Positions 7,260 to 14,459 of a stretch of 29,455 nt of DNA are shown piece after piece. This DNA comes from a virus. Taxonomy: Duplodnaviria > Caudoviricetes. Every line of letters begins with the position of its first letter. Position 1 is the stretch's first letter. The stretch spans positions 1 through 29,455 of IMG/VR virus record IMGVR_UViG_3300025606_000014; one strand, 5' to 3'. The notes under the pieces were generated by a model. It made no database searches. It had not been told where the DNA came from and was given only the letters and a program-made list of their open reading frames with translations. The translations under genes and the position numbers were made by a program.

Positions 7260-7568
7260 ATGGAAAAGAAACGTTACTACCCCAAATGTTTTCAGGACAG
7301 TAAACAGTTCCAAGGTTGGGTGAGCTACGCTCGTCAGGCCAAGCCTGCCCCAGCTCATTCCTACTGCGAGGACTGTACCCCTGAATTCCAGGCCAAGATG
7401 ATCATGGAAAAGCGATGCCAATATCCCGGCACACTCTTCCACAAGTCCGGCTCTGACCTGAAAGGCACGGCATCAGAGGGTGACTGGATAGGACGCAGGT
7501 CTGCCCTGGAAGTTGCCAAGGTTCGTCTGCTGGCGTGGCGCACCCAAGACAAGGTAAAGCTGGTATAG
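7260..7568 (+). CDS. Hypothetical Cys-containing (possible Zn-binding) protein
   Basis: Start at ATG 7260 just after the upstream stop; PKCF...YCEDCTPEF...RCQYP. Confidence 0.7.
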   Translation: MEKKRYYPKCFQDSKQFQGWVSYARQAKPAPAHSYCEDCTPEFQAKMIMEKRCQYPGTLFHKSGSDLKGTASEGDWIGRRSALEVAKVRLLAWRTQDKVKLV

Positions 7569-7574
7569 TCTCTC

Positions 7575-7645
7575 TGTTCGCTGTTGTCTCCTCTCTGCCC
7601 GCTACAGGCAGTTCGGCCCAGGTCACTTGATCTGGGTTTTTTTTT
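7575..7645 (+). ncRNA. Candidate ~70-nt sRNA with anti-Shine-Dalgarno seed (betaproteobacterial toxic-sRNA-like)
   Basis: Extended -10 TG-G-TATAGT at 7561-7569; unpaired TGTTGTCTCCTC; hairpin CTGCC-cgctaca-GGCAG; then an intrinsic terminator. 5' end is approximate. Confidence 0.6.
7617..7645 (+). terminator. Rho-independent terminator
   Basis: CCCAGGTC-actt-GATCTGGG followed by T9. Confidence 0.88.
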
Positions 7646-7662
7646 GTGTTAGGGTTTACCCC

Positions 7663-7752
7663 GTTGTGGTCGTACGCAACTAGAAGACTCCTTACTCATG
7701 CGCCGCCTCTATACGAGGGTACGACCGGCGCAGCAGTAAGGGGTTTTTTTTT
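7663..7752 (+). promoter_or_regulatory. Structured attenuator-like element (loop-bulge pseudoknot plus terminator-like stem and T9)
   Basis: Hairpin GTTGTG-gtcgta-CGCAAC; long stem AAGACTCCTTACT/AGTAAGGGGTTTT plus TGCGCCG/CGGCGCA; bulged GTACGAC is complementary to the upstream loop GTCGTAC; T9 at 7744-7752. Confidence 0.65.
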
Positions 7753-7756
7753 GCAG

Positions 7757-7990
7757 GCCAGAGCCGCACTCCTCGCGATAGCAGTGCACCTAGATGGGTG
7801 GCAGGGAAGAGAACATAGGCTGGGGAGTACCACCCCCTGCAAGCCTCGCAGCGTTCCAGAGCGACTGCACAAGTGTCGAACCTCCTGGGTGGTCTCAGGC
7901 TCGGCATGATTGAATCTGGCGTCAAGCGAGCACTGGTAGGAACCATCTGTATAGATGAGTGACCCTGCGGGTGAGGCGGTAGGGCATACC
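7757..7990 (+). ncRNA. Candidate multi-stem structured non-coding RNA
   Basis: Closing stem GCCAGA(7757)/TCTGGC(7915) encloses several hairpins, many with G-U pairs on this strand; no credible ORF. Confidence 0.4.
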
Positions 7991-8037
7991 ACCTTGGAGG
8001 TTCTTTTGTCTTAAATATGTATATGTAGAACAAACTG

Positions 8038-8066
8038 TTGACAGACAGTTCTACCTGTGATCTAGT
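8038..8066 (+). promoter_or_regulatory. Sigma70-like promoter of the recombination operon
   Basis: TTGACA(8038-8043)-N17-TCTAGT with a TG extension; AT-rich upstream; AACTGT/ACAGTT inverted repeat around the -35; CTACCTGT in the spacer. Confidence 0.55.
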
Positions 8067-8097
8067 GTTGTCTCTCGTATCTTATCTAGGTGATCTT

Positions 8098-8310
8098 ATG
8101 AAACTCTGTATCGACTGTAGGCATCATATGCCTGCCAAGTACCCTGACCCACAGTACGACCACTCTCGGTGCTCCCAGGCTTCTACTCAGAACCCGGTGA
8201 ACGGGGTTATCAAGTTCCAGTTCTGCGACGTCATGCGTATGCACGGGTCTCGCTGCGGCAACGATGGACTGCTCTACCAATCCAAACACTGGGAGACTCT
8301 CGATGTCTGA
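8098..8310 (+). CDS. Small Cys-rich hypothetical protein
   Basis: AGGTGA RBS; MKLCIDCRHH...RC...FCDVMR...CGNDG. Confidence 0.75.
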   Translation: MKLCIDCRHHMPAKYPDPQYDHSRCSQASTQNPVNGVIKFQFCDVMRMHGSRCGNDGLLYQSKHWETLDV

Positions 8311-9193
8311 CTTCGCACCTGAGATCCGTAACTCTGCCTGGTGGTCGGGAGATAGCCGTCTGGCAGCTAATGGCAAGGCCAGTGAGGCTATCCTCATTAA
8401 ACAAGGGAAGATCATTCCTGAAGATATCTCCGAGAAGGAGGTTGTCAGGATGGGTCATGTCATGCAGCCCATCATTGGGCGTCTAGCACAGGACAGACTC
8501 CAGATCGAACTCAAGGATGCTGACTACAGCATGACTCACCCTAGAGAACCTTGGTTGCGTTCTCACTTCGACTTCATTTCTGCTGACGGGACTGTCTTGG
8601 TTGAAGCCAAGAACTATGGCTCTCATCAGGCTAAGAAGTTCGATGAAGATGCTGGACTCATGCCAGATGCTGACAGGGTGCAGTGTATTCACGAGGCTAC
8701 TGTGCACGGTGTCTCTACCGTCTATCTGGCCGTCCTGCTGGGTGGACAGGAGCTGAAGGTCATCAAGGTAGATGTCACTCCCGACATGATGCTGGAGCAC
8801 GTTCAGTGGTGTGCTAAGTGGTGGGGGTTTGTGGCATCTAACACTCAGCCAGATCCTGAGGATGTTGACCAGTGCAGGCTTGCTTATCCAGTCTCTGAAG
8901 ATCTCTATGCTCTTGCTAACGCAGACCTAGAAACCTACTGTGGACAACTGGCTCTTGCCAGCAAACAAAGGAAGGATCTTGAGGACTACGAGGAGACTCT
9001 CAAGACCAAGATCATGCGGTTCATGGGTAGCAGAGATGTTCTGGCTACTCTTGATGGTAATGTGCTTGCCACCTGGAAGTCTGCCAAGGCAAGTCAGAAG
9101 TTTGACGTTAAGGCTTTCCAGGCTGCATATCCCCAGATGTACAACCAGTTTGTCCGGGAGACTCCCGGCTCTAGAAGGTTCTTGATTAAATGA
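8303..9193 (+). CDS. YqaJ-like viral recombinase exonuclease (lambda Exo family)
   Basis: RMGHVMQPII, WLRSHFDF, VLVEAKN, VQCIHE, YLAVLLGG and C-terminal SRRFLIK; start ATG 8303 with GGGAG RBS. Confidence 0.9.
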   Translation: MSDFAPEIRNSAWWSGDSRLAANGKASEAILIKQGKIIPEDISEKEVVRMGHVMQPIIGRLAQDRLQIELKDADYSMTHPREPWLRSHFDFISADGTVLVEAKNYGSHQAKKFDEDAGLMPDADRVQCIHEATVHGVSTVYLAVLLGGQELKVIKVDVTPDMMLEHVQWCAKWWGFVASNTQPDPEDVDQCRLAYPVSEDLYALANADLETYCGQLALASKQRKDLEDYEETLKTKIMRFMGSRDVLATLDGNVLATWKSAKASQKFDVKAFQAAYPQMYNQFVRETPGSRRFLIK

Positions 9194-9372
9194 ATGATGA
9201 AACTGAAGATGATGTGTGGCATCTCTATCGCGCTCTTGCGATGGCCGCATTCATCATCAAACGAGAGAATCCCTACCATCATCAATCAAAAGAGATGATC
9301 CGGGAATCAGCCAGTCAATATGCAAATCTTATGTGTGAAGGATTAGAAAATGAACCAGTTAGTACACGTTAA
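9190..9372 (+). CDS. Hypothetical protein
   Basis: 60-aa ORF, ATGA-coupled to the exonuclease gene. Confidence 0.6.
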   Translation: MNDETEDDVWHLYRALAMAAFIIKRENPYHHQSKEMIRESASQYANLMCEGLENEPVSTR

Positions 9373-10201
9373 CGATATCCATACAATGGCTGTTGCCGTT
9401 GTGAAGTCCGGACTCTTTGGCATGAAGACAGTCGAGCAGGCAACTGCTCTGATGCTTATTGCCCAGGCTGAGGGGTATCACCCTGCTCTTGCAGCTCGTG
9501 ACTATCACATCATCCAAGGCCGTCCCACTCTGAAAGCAGAGACCATGATGGCTAGGTTCCAGCAGCAGGGCGGGAAGGTTGAGTGGAAGACTCTCACTGA
9601 CACAGAAGTCACTGCTGTCTTCTCACATCCATCTGGTGGGTCTGCCAGCATCACATGGACGTTTGAGCAGGCCAAGAAGGCAGGTCTGACCAACAAGGAC
9701 AATTGGAAGAACTATCCTCGTGCCATGCTCCGTGCACGGGTAGTGAGTGAGGGTATTCGCACTGTCTTCCCAGGTGTCGTGCTGGGCGTCTATACGCCTG
9801 AAGAGGTGCAGGACATACCTGGACCTTCACAGGTGAAAGATATGGGTTCTGCGGTCTTTGTAGAACCTTCTGCAAACCATTCTGCAGAGGAGGAGGAGAA
9901 GCCTGACTATCCCTTTTCACTCCTTCTCACAGATGGGACTGTCTACCAGGGTTACACCGATTTCGGGGGCTACCTGGAAGGCATTAGGACTATGGTTGAG
10001 AAGATAACCAAGTCTAGCAAGTTCACTCCTGAAGAGAAGGCTCAGAAGATTACTAGCCTGCTCAACGCTAACAGCAAGCAGATAGAAGCACTGCCTACTC
10101 TCTACAAGATCCAGTTGAAGGGTGCTCTTATCGGGGAGGGGTCCGACCTCCCAAAGGTGTTAGGGGACCAGTTAGACCAGGAGATATCAGAGGAACTGTG
10201 A
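9350..10201 (+). CDS. RecT/Redbeta-like single-strand annealing protein
   Basis: YHIIQGRPTLKA, WTFEQAKKAGL, NWKNYPRAMLRAR and GVYTPEE; located next to YqaJ. Confidence 0.82.
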   Translation: MNQLVHVNDIHTMAVAVVKSGLFGMKTVEQATALMLIAQAEGYHPALAARDYHIIQGRPTLKAETMMARFQQQGGKVEWKTLTDTEVTAVFSHPSGGSASITWTFEQAKKAGLTNKDNWKNYPRAMLRARVVSEGIRTVFPGVVLGVYTPEEVQDIPGPSQVKDMGSAVFVEPSANHSAEEEEKPDYPFSLLLTDGTVYQGYTDFGGYLEGIRTMVEKITKSSKFTPEEKAQKITSLLNANSKQIEALPTLYKIQLKGALIGEGSDLPKVLGDQLDQEISEEL

Positions 10202-10243
10202 GTGGTTGGAATCGTATCGGTAACATCAATCTAAGAGGTTTAA

Positions 10244-10579
10244 ATGAGTTACGACAAAAAAGAATATCAAGTGATCCCCGGCAGAACAACACTTTTCTAC
10301 AAAGATCCATCTCAGAAAAAGAATCCTAAACAGCCTGATTGGGCTGGTGACCTTGTGCTTACTCGGTCTTACACAGAAGGTGAAACTCTCAAGTTATCCA
10401 TCTGGAAGAAGACTGCCAGTAACGGTAAGGACTACTTCTCTGTTGCAGAGAATACTTACTACAAGGACAAGGACATGGCTAACAATGCTGACAGGGAAGT
10501 TCCTACTCAGTACAAGGCATCTGCGTCTTCTTTTAAACCCCGTCCAGCAGTTGATATGGACGAGGACGTACCCTTCTGA
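10244..10579 (+). CDS. Putative phage ssDNA-binding protein (DUF736-like)
   Basis: KNPKQPDWAG...LSIWKKT...YFSV and an acidic SSB-type tail DMDEDVPF. Confidence 0.65.
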   Translation: MSYDKKEYQVIPGRTTLFYKDPSQKKNPKQPDWAGDLVLTRSYTEGETLKLSIWKKTASNGKDYFSVAENTYYKDKDMANNADREVPTQYKASASSFKPRPAVDMDEDVPF

Positions 10580-10887
10580 TGACACCCACCCAGAGGTCTC
10601 TAGAGTACCTGCGTGAGCAGGGCTATCTCTGCGCCATAGTTGAGAAGTGGAATCCACACGCTCGCATACGGCAGGATCTCTGGGGTTGGTGCGACATCCT
10701 GGCTATCCGCAAGAACGAGGTTCTGGCTGTGCAAGTCACGGCATCTGGCGTGGCAGACAGAATCAAGAAGATCACTGCGTCTGACACAGTGGGCACAGTA
10801 CGGGAAGCCGGGATTAGGATAGAAGTACATGGTTGGCGTAAGAACGCTGCTGGTAAATATGTAATGAGAATCGAGGATATATCGTGA
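10579..10887 (+). CDS. PD-(D/E)XK nuclease, possible Holliday junction resolvase
   Basis: LREQGY...DLWGWCDILAI...LAVQVT pattern; located in the recombination operon. Confidence 0.65.
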   Translation: MTPTQRSLEYLREQGYLCAIVEKWNPHARIRQDLWGWCDILAIRKNEVLAVQVTASGVADRIKKITASDTVGTVREAGIRIEVHGWRKNAAGKYVMRIEDIS

Positions 10888-11615
10888 CTAGTATATTTAT
10901 TGCCACACCTATGTATGGTGGGATGTGTACAGGGTTTTTCCTGCAATCAATGCTTACTCTCGTGAGTGTTGCCAAGCAGGCAGAGGTTGAAATCTCTTGC
11001 TCTTTCATGTTCAACGAGAGCTTGATCCAGCGAGCCAGGAACGGTCTAGCACACCAGTTCTTGAAGACAGACTGTACTCACCTGATGTTCATAGACGCAG
11101 ACATCCGGTTTGACGGTGCTGACATCCTGTCTATGGTTGCAGCAGACAAAGACATCATCTGCGGGTTGTACCCGAAGAAGGAGATCAACTGGCAGCAGGT
11201 AGCACTCTCAGCCGCTGCTGGCGTTCCTGTAGATCAGTTGAAGAACCACACAGGGGCTATGGTGGTTAACCTAGTTGGTCAGGAGGGAGAGGTCATCGTC
11301 CCGCAGCATGAGCCGCTGGAGATCGTTAACGGTGGGACTGGCTTCATGCTCATCAAGCGTGAAGTGTTTGAGGCTCTCAAGCCTTTTGTGGCTACCTACC
11401 ACAATGATGTGCTGGACACGGCAGGCACGTTCAAGCCTGACCTTATGTACGAATACTTCCCCGTCATGGTGGAAGACTCCCGGCTGCTCTCGGAAGACTT
11501 CGCTTTCTGCACGATCGCTCGCAGGCAGGGGTTCCAGATCTGGGCAGCTCCCTGGGTCCGTCTGGGCCACTACGGGAGCTACCTCTTTGAAGGATCGTTA
11601 ATTCCTGCGCCGTGA
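10884..11615 (+). CDS. GT-A fold glycosyltransferase
   Basis: IFIATPMYGG, ESLIQRARN, THLMFIDADI (DxD), GTGFMLIKREVF, LSEDFAFC and LGHYG. Confidence 0.85.
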   Translation: MTSIFIATPMYGGMCTGFFLQSMLTLVSVAKQAEVEISCSFMFNESLIQRARNGLAHQFLKTDCTHLMFIDADIRFDGADILSMVAADKDIICGLYPKKEINWQQVALSAAAGVPVDQLKNHTGAMVVNLVGQEGEVIVPQHEPLEIVNGGTGFMLIKREVFEALKPFVATYHNDVLDTAGTFKPDLMYEYFPVMVEDSRLLSEDFAFCTIARRQGFQIWAAPWVRLGHYGSYLFEGSLIPAP

Positions 11616-11741
11616 CTTCTTAGCAGTCCTGGCAGACTTACGGAAGGCCTCGGCAGTGGGATAACCCTTCTGCCCTGGCCTCTTCGCAGGAAGACCTAAC
11701 TTCCTACGCCGGTTGATGTTGTAGTACAGACCCTGCTTCAT
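11598..11741 (-). CDS. Small basic phage protein (47 aa)
   Basis: Not in the ORF track. MKQGLYYNINRRRKLGLPAKRPGQKGYPTAEAFRKSARTAKKSRRRN*, resembling a recurrent phage 'GLY.NI...PT..AF..SA.TAK' family. Confidence 0.7.
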   Translation of the reverse strand: MKQGLYYNINRRRKLGLPAKRPGQKGYPTAEAFRKSARTAKKSRRRN

Positions 11742-12360
11742 GTTTGATCCTCATAACCTCCGGGTTGACGTAGGCTACGTCTCCGGTAATCAGTCGGTCT
11801 CCCAGCACCGTCTCACCCTTCTCTAGCAGCACCAGAGAGTTCTGGAACTCCATACGCTTGACCTTGTGGTCAACCTTCGCCTTCCCGTTCACAGCCGCTA
11901 TAAAGCCTGCGAAGAACTGTATGGCGTTGCTTCCATACCCAGGCATCCACATCGTGTGGAAGTCCTCCACAACGTAGACGCCACCGTCATTGAGTTTGGG
12001 CCACCAGTGGTTCCAGTTGGCAATGATGTCTGCTGCCTGATGAGATCCGTCATCAATGATGATGTCGAAGGTGTCTTCCAACTCTACAGTCTTGGCATCA
12101 CCTATAACCACCTGGATGCGGTTGTCATCAAACTTGAGATCAGCACACTTGGGATCTACGTCGATCCCGATAATCTTCTCTGCTTTCCAGAAGTACCGGC
12201 TCCAGGTCTCTAGTGACCCACCGTTCTGTACTCCGATCTCCAACAAGTTGATCTTGCTGTCCTGTAGATACCAAAGTTTATCGTCATAGAAGTCTAAATA
12301 CGATGACCACTTATCTGATACTTTCCCAATCTTCTTACGATGAATTTCGGCTAACGACAT
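11704..12360 (-). CDS. Class I SAM-dependent methyltransferase (MycE-like sugar O-methyltransferase type)
   Basis: DKWSSYLDFY, LLEIGVQNGGSL, IIGIDVDP, FDIIIDDGSH and GGVYVVED; start ATG 12360. Confidence 0.85.
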   Translation of the reverse strand: MSLAEIHRKKIGKVSDKWSSYLDFYDDKLWYLQDSKINLLEIGVQNGGSLETWSRYFWKAEKIIGIDVDPKCADLKFDDNRIQVVIGDAKTVELEDTFDIIIDDGSHQAADIIANWNHWWPKLNDGGVYVVEDFHTMWMPGYGSNAIQFFAGFIAAVNGKAKVDHKVKRMEFQNSLVLLEKGETVLGDRLITGDVAYVNPEVMRIKHEAGSVLQHQPA

Positions 12361-12572
12361 CCCCATCTTCTCCTGGCTGCTTTCCCACGCTCCCCCGTCC
12401 ACCCTCTTGAACGGGCGCAGAAACTTCTGTGGCGTGGTCCTGACTTGGTAGGGGCTTGCAGGTTAGATCCCGCAGCACGAGCCTTGGCTCTACCCTTGGC
12501 AGTCAGTCCAGCGCCTCTACTGGCAGGCAACTTCTCACCCCTGCCAACACTTAAATTAGGGAACTTTCTCAT
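12351..12572 (-). CDS. Small basic protein, DUF6321-like
   Basis: GAGLTAKGRAK...NLQAP...RSFCARS...ARRRWGC. Confidence 0.7.
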   Translation of the reverse strand: MRKFPNLSVGRGEKLPASRGAGLTAKGRAKARAAGSNLQAPTKSGPRHRSFCARSRGWTGERGKAARRRWGCR

Positions 12573-13015
12573 AACAGATCAGCCTCTGCTTGTCTGCGTT
12601 TTAGCAGGCCGGGGAGAACCTTTCCTCCACCCTTGCACCACTTTAACAATTCTACCTTGGCTTCTTCCCAGTTCTGCTCGTTCACTTTCTTCTTGAGCGT
12701 AGCAGTCTGTAGTCTTCCCACGCCCAGGTTGTAGCAGAAGTCTACAAGGGCGTTAAGTCTTCTTGGGTCTGTTATGAGTCCCGGACAGTGGCGCAAGACC
12801 CCCGGTAAATAGGTGTGCCTCAGTTCTGATTCCAATAGCGCCTGTGCTGTTTCTCGCGTCATTGGCGGGTCTTGCAGAGTCACCCGTTTGCCGTTGCTGT
12901 ACTGGGTTGACCCGAAACCAATTGTTGGTATCCCAGCAGGACAGAGGTACGTCGACCCTCGGAAACCTTCGTATTGCTGGCATAACGCTATCGCTATAGA
13001 GAGATCAAAGTCCAC
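12569..13015 (-). CDS. Endolysin, GH24 phage lysozyme
   Basis: YEGFRGSTYLCPAGIPTIGFGST (E..C..T triad), ALVDFCYNLG and LPGLLKRRQAE; no SAR segment. Confidence 0.93.
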   Translation of the reverse strand: MDFDLSIAIALCQQYEGFRGSTYLCPAGIPTIGFGSTQYSNGKRVTLQDPPMTRETAQALLESELRHTYLPGVLRHCPGLITDPRRLNALVDFCYNLGVGRLQTATLKKKVNEQNWEEAKVELLKWCKGGGKVLPGLLKRRQAEADLL

Positions 13016-13499
13016 GCTTGGAGAGCGTCCTGTCGAGGAACCAATAGTTCAACGTGCCAGACACGAGAGCAGAGAAGTCTGCACTCATCATCAGTTTGAA
13101 GACCTCTGTTGGCTCCATCCCGGTACGCCATGAAGAATAGCCCATCCAGAGGTGTACGCAGGACCAAACCAACAAGATCCAGTAAGTGACAACAGGGCGC
13201 ACACTAGCAGACAGGGAAGCAGCAAATCCACCAGCAGCCTTAACCATCTCTGTCTGCTGATTGATAGCGTTGTTAAACGCATCCATAACCCCTGCATCAA
13301 CTGTAGCCTCGTGCTGTGCGCCAATCTCGGCCATCTTCTGCTGGCCTCTTTGCGCCTCCAGCTCACACTGCCGGTTGAACATCTCTAGTTCATGACCGCG
13401 CTCGTTCTTCTTGTCTAGGAACTTCAGAACCTCTGGCGCCAGACGGAAGATGCCGCCTAGCAGGGAACCAAAGATGCCACCAGACAAGAGTTCGAACAT
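13005..13499 (-). CDS. Putative holin (GTA-type 3TM-like)
   Basis: N-terminal hydrophobic helix, SASVRPVVTY, two TM segments, YWFLDR; immediately upstream of the lysozyme. Confidence 0.65.
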   Translation of the reverse strand: MFELLSGGIFGSLLGGIFRLAPEVLKFLDKKNERGHELEMFNRQCELEAQRGQQKMAEIGAQHEATVDAGVMDAFNNAINQQTEMVKAAGGFAASLSASVRPVVTYWILLVWSCVHLWMGYSSWRTGMEPTEVFKLMMSADFSALVSGTLNYWFLDRTLSKRGL

Positions 13500-13849
13500 C
13501 AGATGCCTTCACCCGGAGCAATGTACACAGACGCATTCGTAGCGTCTCCGATGACCCGTGCGTAGACATTGGCAAACTGGCTCACAGGAGGGCCAGTGAC
13601 AACTTTGTAAGCATAGGGTGGCAACGTGAAAACGTAGTCAGGAACAACATCAGGCAACGCTACGTTGAAAGACGTAGTTGTATTGATCTTGACGTACACA
13701 GCAGCGTTTGTATCTGCGTTGACAAGGTAATACTGACTGCACGGGCTATCAGCCGTGATCGTGAACACGTTTGACTGCGTGTTTGCAGCGCCCACGACAG
13801 CGACCTTGACGGTCTTGCCCATAGGCTGGAATGGGATGTTATTTGCCAT
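13499..13849 (-). CDS. Hypothetical beta-rich, probably virion protein
   Basis: 116 aa ending VYIAPGEGI; coupled in the late operon. Confidence 0.65.
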   Translation of the reverse strand: MANNIPFQPMGKTVKVAVVGAANTQSNVFTITADSPCSQYYLVNADTNAAVYVKINTTTSFNVALPDVVPDYVFTLPPYAYKVVTGPPVSQFANVYARVIGDATNASVYIAPGEGI

Positions 13850-14067
13850 TAGTAAATCCTTTTCCCGCCGCCGCTAGTGGGGCTTTGCTTGGTGTCGTAG
13901 TACCCGTCACCACAGAAAGGAATAATGGACCGGAAACCACCCACAGGCAGTTGTCCTGGTTCCCATCTCACCATGCCCTTGCTACCGTCTCTCGGCAACT
14001 GAGGACGAGTGGACTTGGCAATCTGCTGGTTTAGATCATGGTCCCGTTGCTGGGGTCGGTTCTTCAT
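13849..14067 (-). CDS. Hypothetical protein
   Basis: 72-aa ORF with AAGGAG RBS. Confidence 0.65.
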   Translation of the reverse strand: MKNRPQQRDHDLNQQIAKSTRPQLPRDGSKGMVRWEPGQLPVGGFRSIIPFCGDGYYDTKQSPTSGGGKRIY

Positions 14068-14257
14068 TTCGATGCTCCTTGGCAGTGACTATAAGGTAAC
14101 AAAAGACAACATAGATTCCTAGTGTTGCCACACGTTCCCATGTTGGTTCCCACATCGTCCAGCACCCAAGACCGCAGGAGGTCATCAGGGCCAGAATGGT
14201 GATAAGCCTGTCCGTCACTACGGTCAGGGCAAGTTTGATCAATTGAATAGCTTCCAT
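14036..14257 (-). CDS. Small membrane protein
   Basis: MEAIQLIKLAL...; two hydrophobic segments. Confidence 0.65.
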   Translation of the reverse strand: MEAIQLIKLALTVVTDRLITILALMTSCGLGCWTMWEPTWERVATLGIYVVFCYLIVTAKEHRNEEPTPATGP

Positions 14258-14261
14258 AAGA

Positions 14262-14459
14262 TTACCCGTCATCATCAGACATGAAACCCGTACCCCAGTC
14301 AGAACCCTCATCCTTGAGTTTGATGGCTTCTAACTTCAGCGCACGGTCGATAACCTTCATCTTAGCATCAAGACTGGCTTCCGGGTCCGAGATCGTACTC
14401 TTGAGGACATCCAAGATGGCTTTCTCAAGATCTGGGTTGATACCGCGTTTCTTGCTCAT
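14262..14459 (-). CDS. Hypothetical protein
   Basis: 65 aa, ATGA-coupled to the upstream gene; acidic C-terminus. Confidence 0.65.
   Translation of the reverse strand: MSKKRGINPDLEKAILDVLKSTISDPEASLDAKMKVIDRALKLEAIKLKDEGSDWGTGFMSDDDG

Noticed and set aside
7646-8033. Three track ORFs across the structured region
   Set aside because: They cross T-tracts and hairpins, lack RBSs and have no protein-like features.
10576-10582. Other CTGATGA matches (here and near 12037)
   Set aside because: They lie in a stop/start junction or coding sequence with no flanking hammerhead stems.
11704-12360. DNA methyltransferase call
   Set aside because: No DPPY/NPPY or PCQ motif; motifs match small-molecule/sugar O-methyltransferases.
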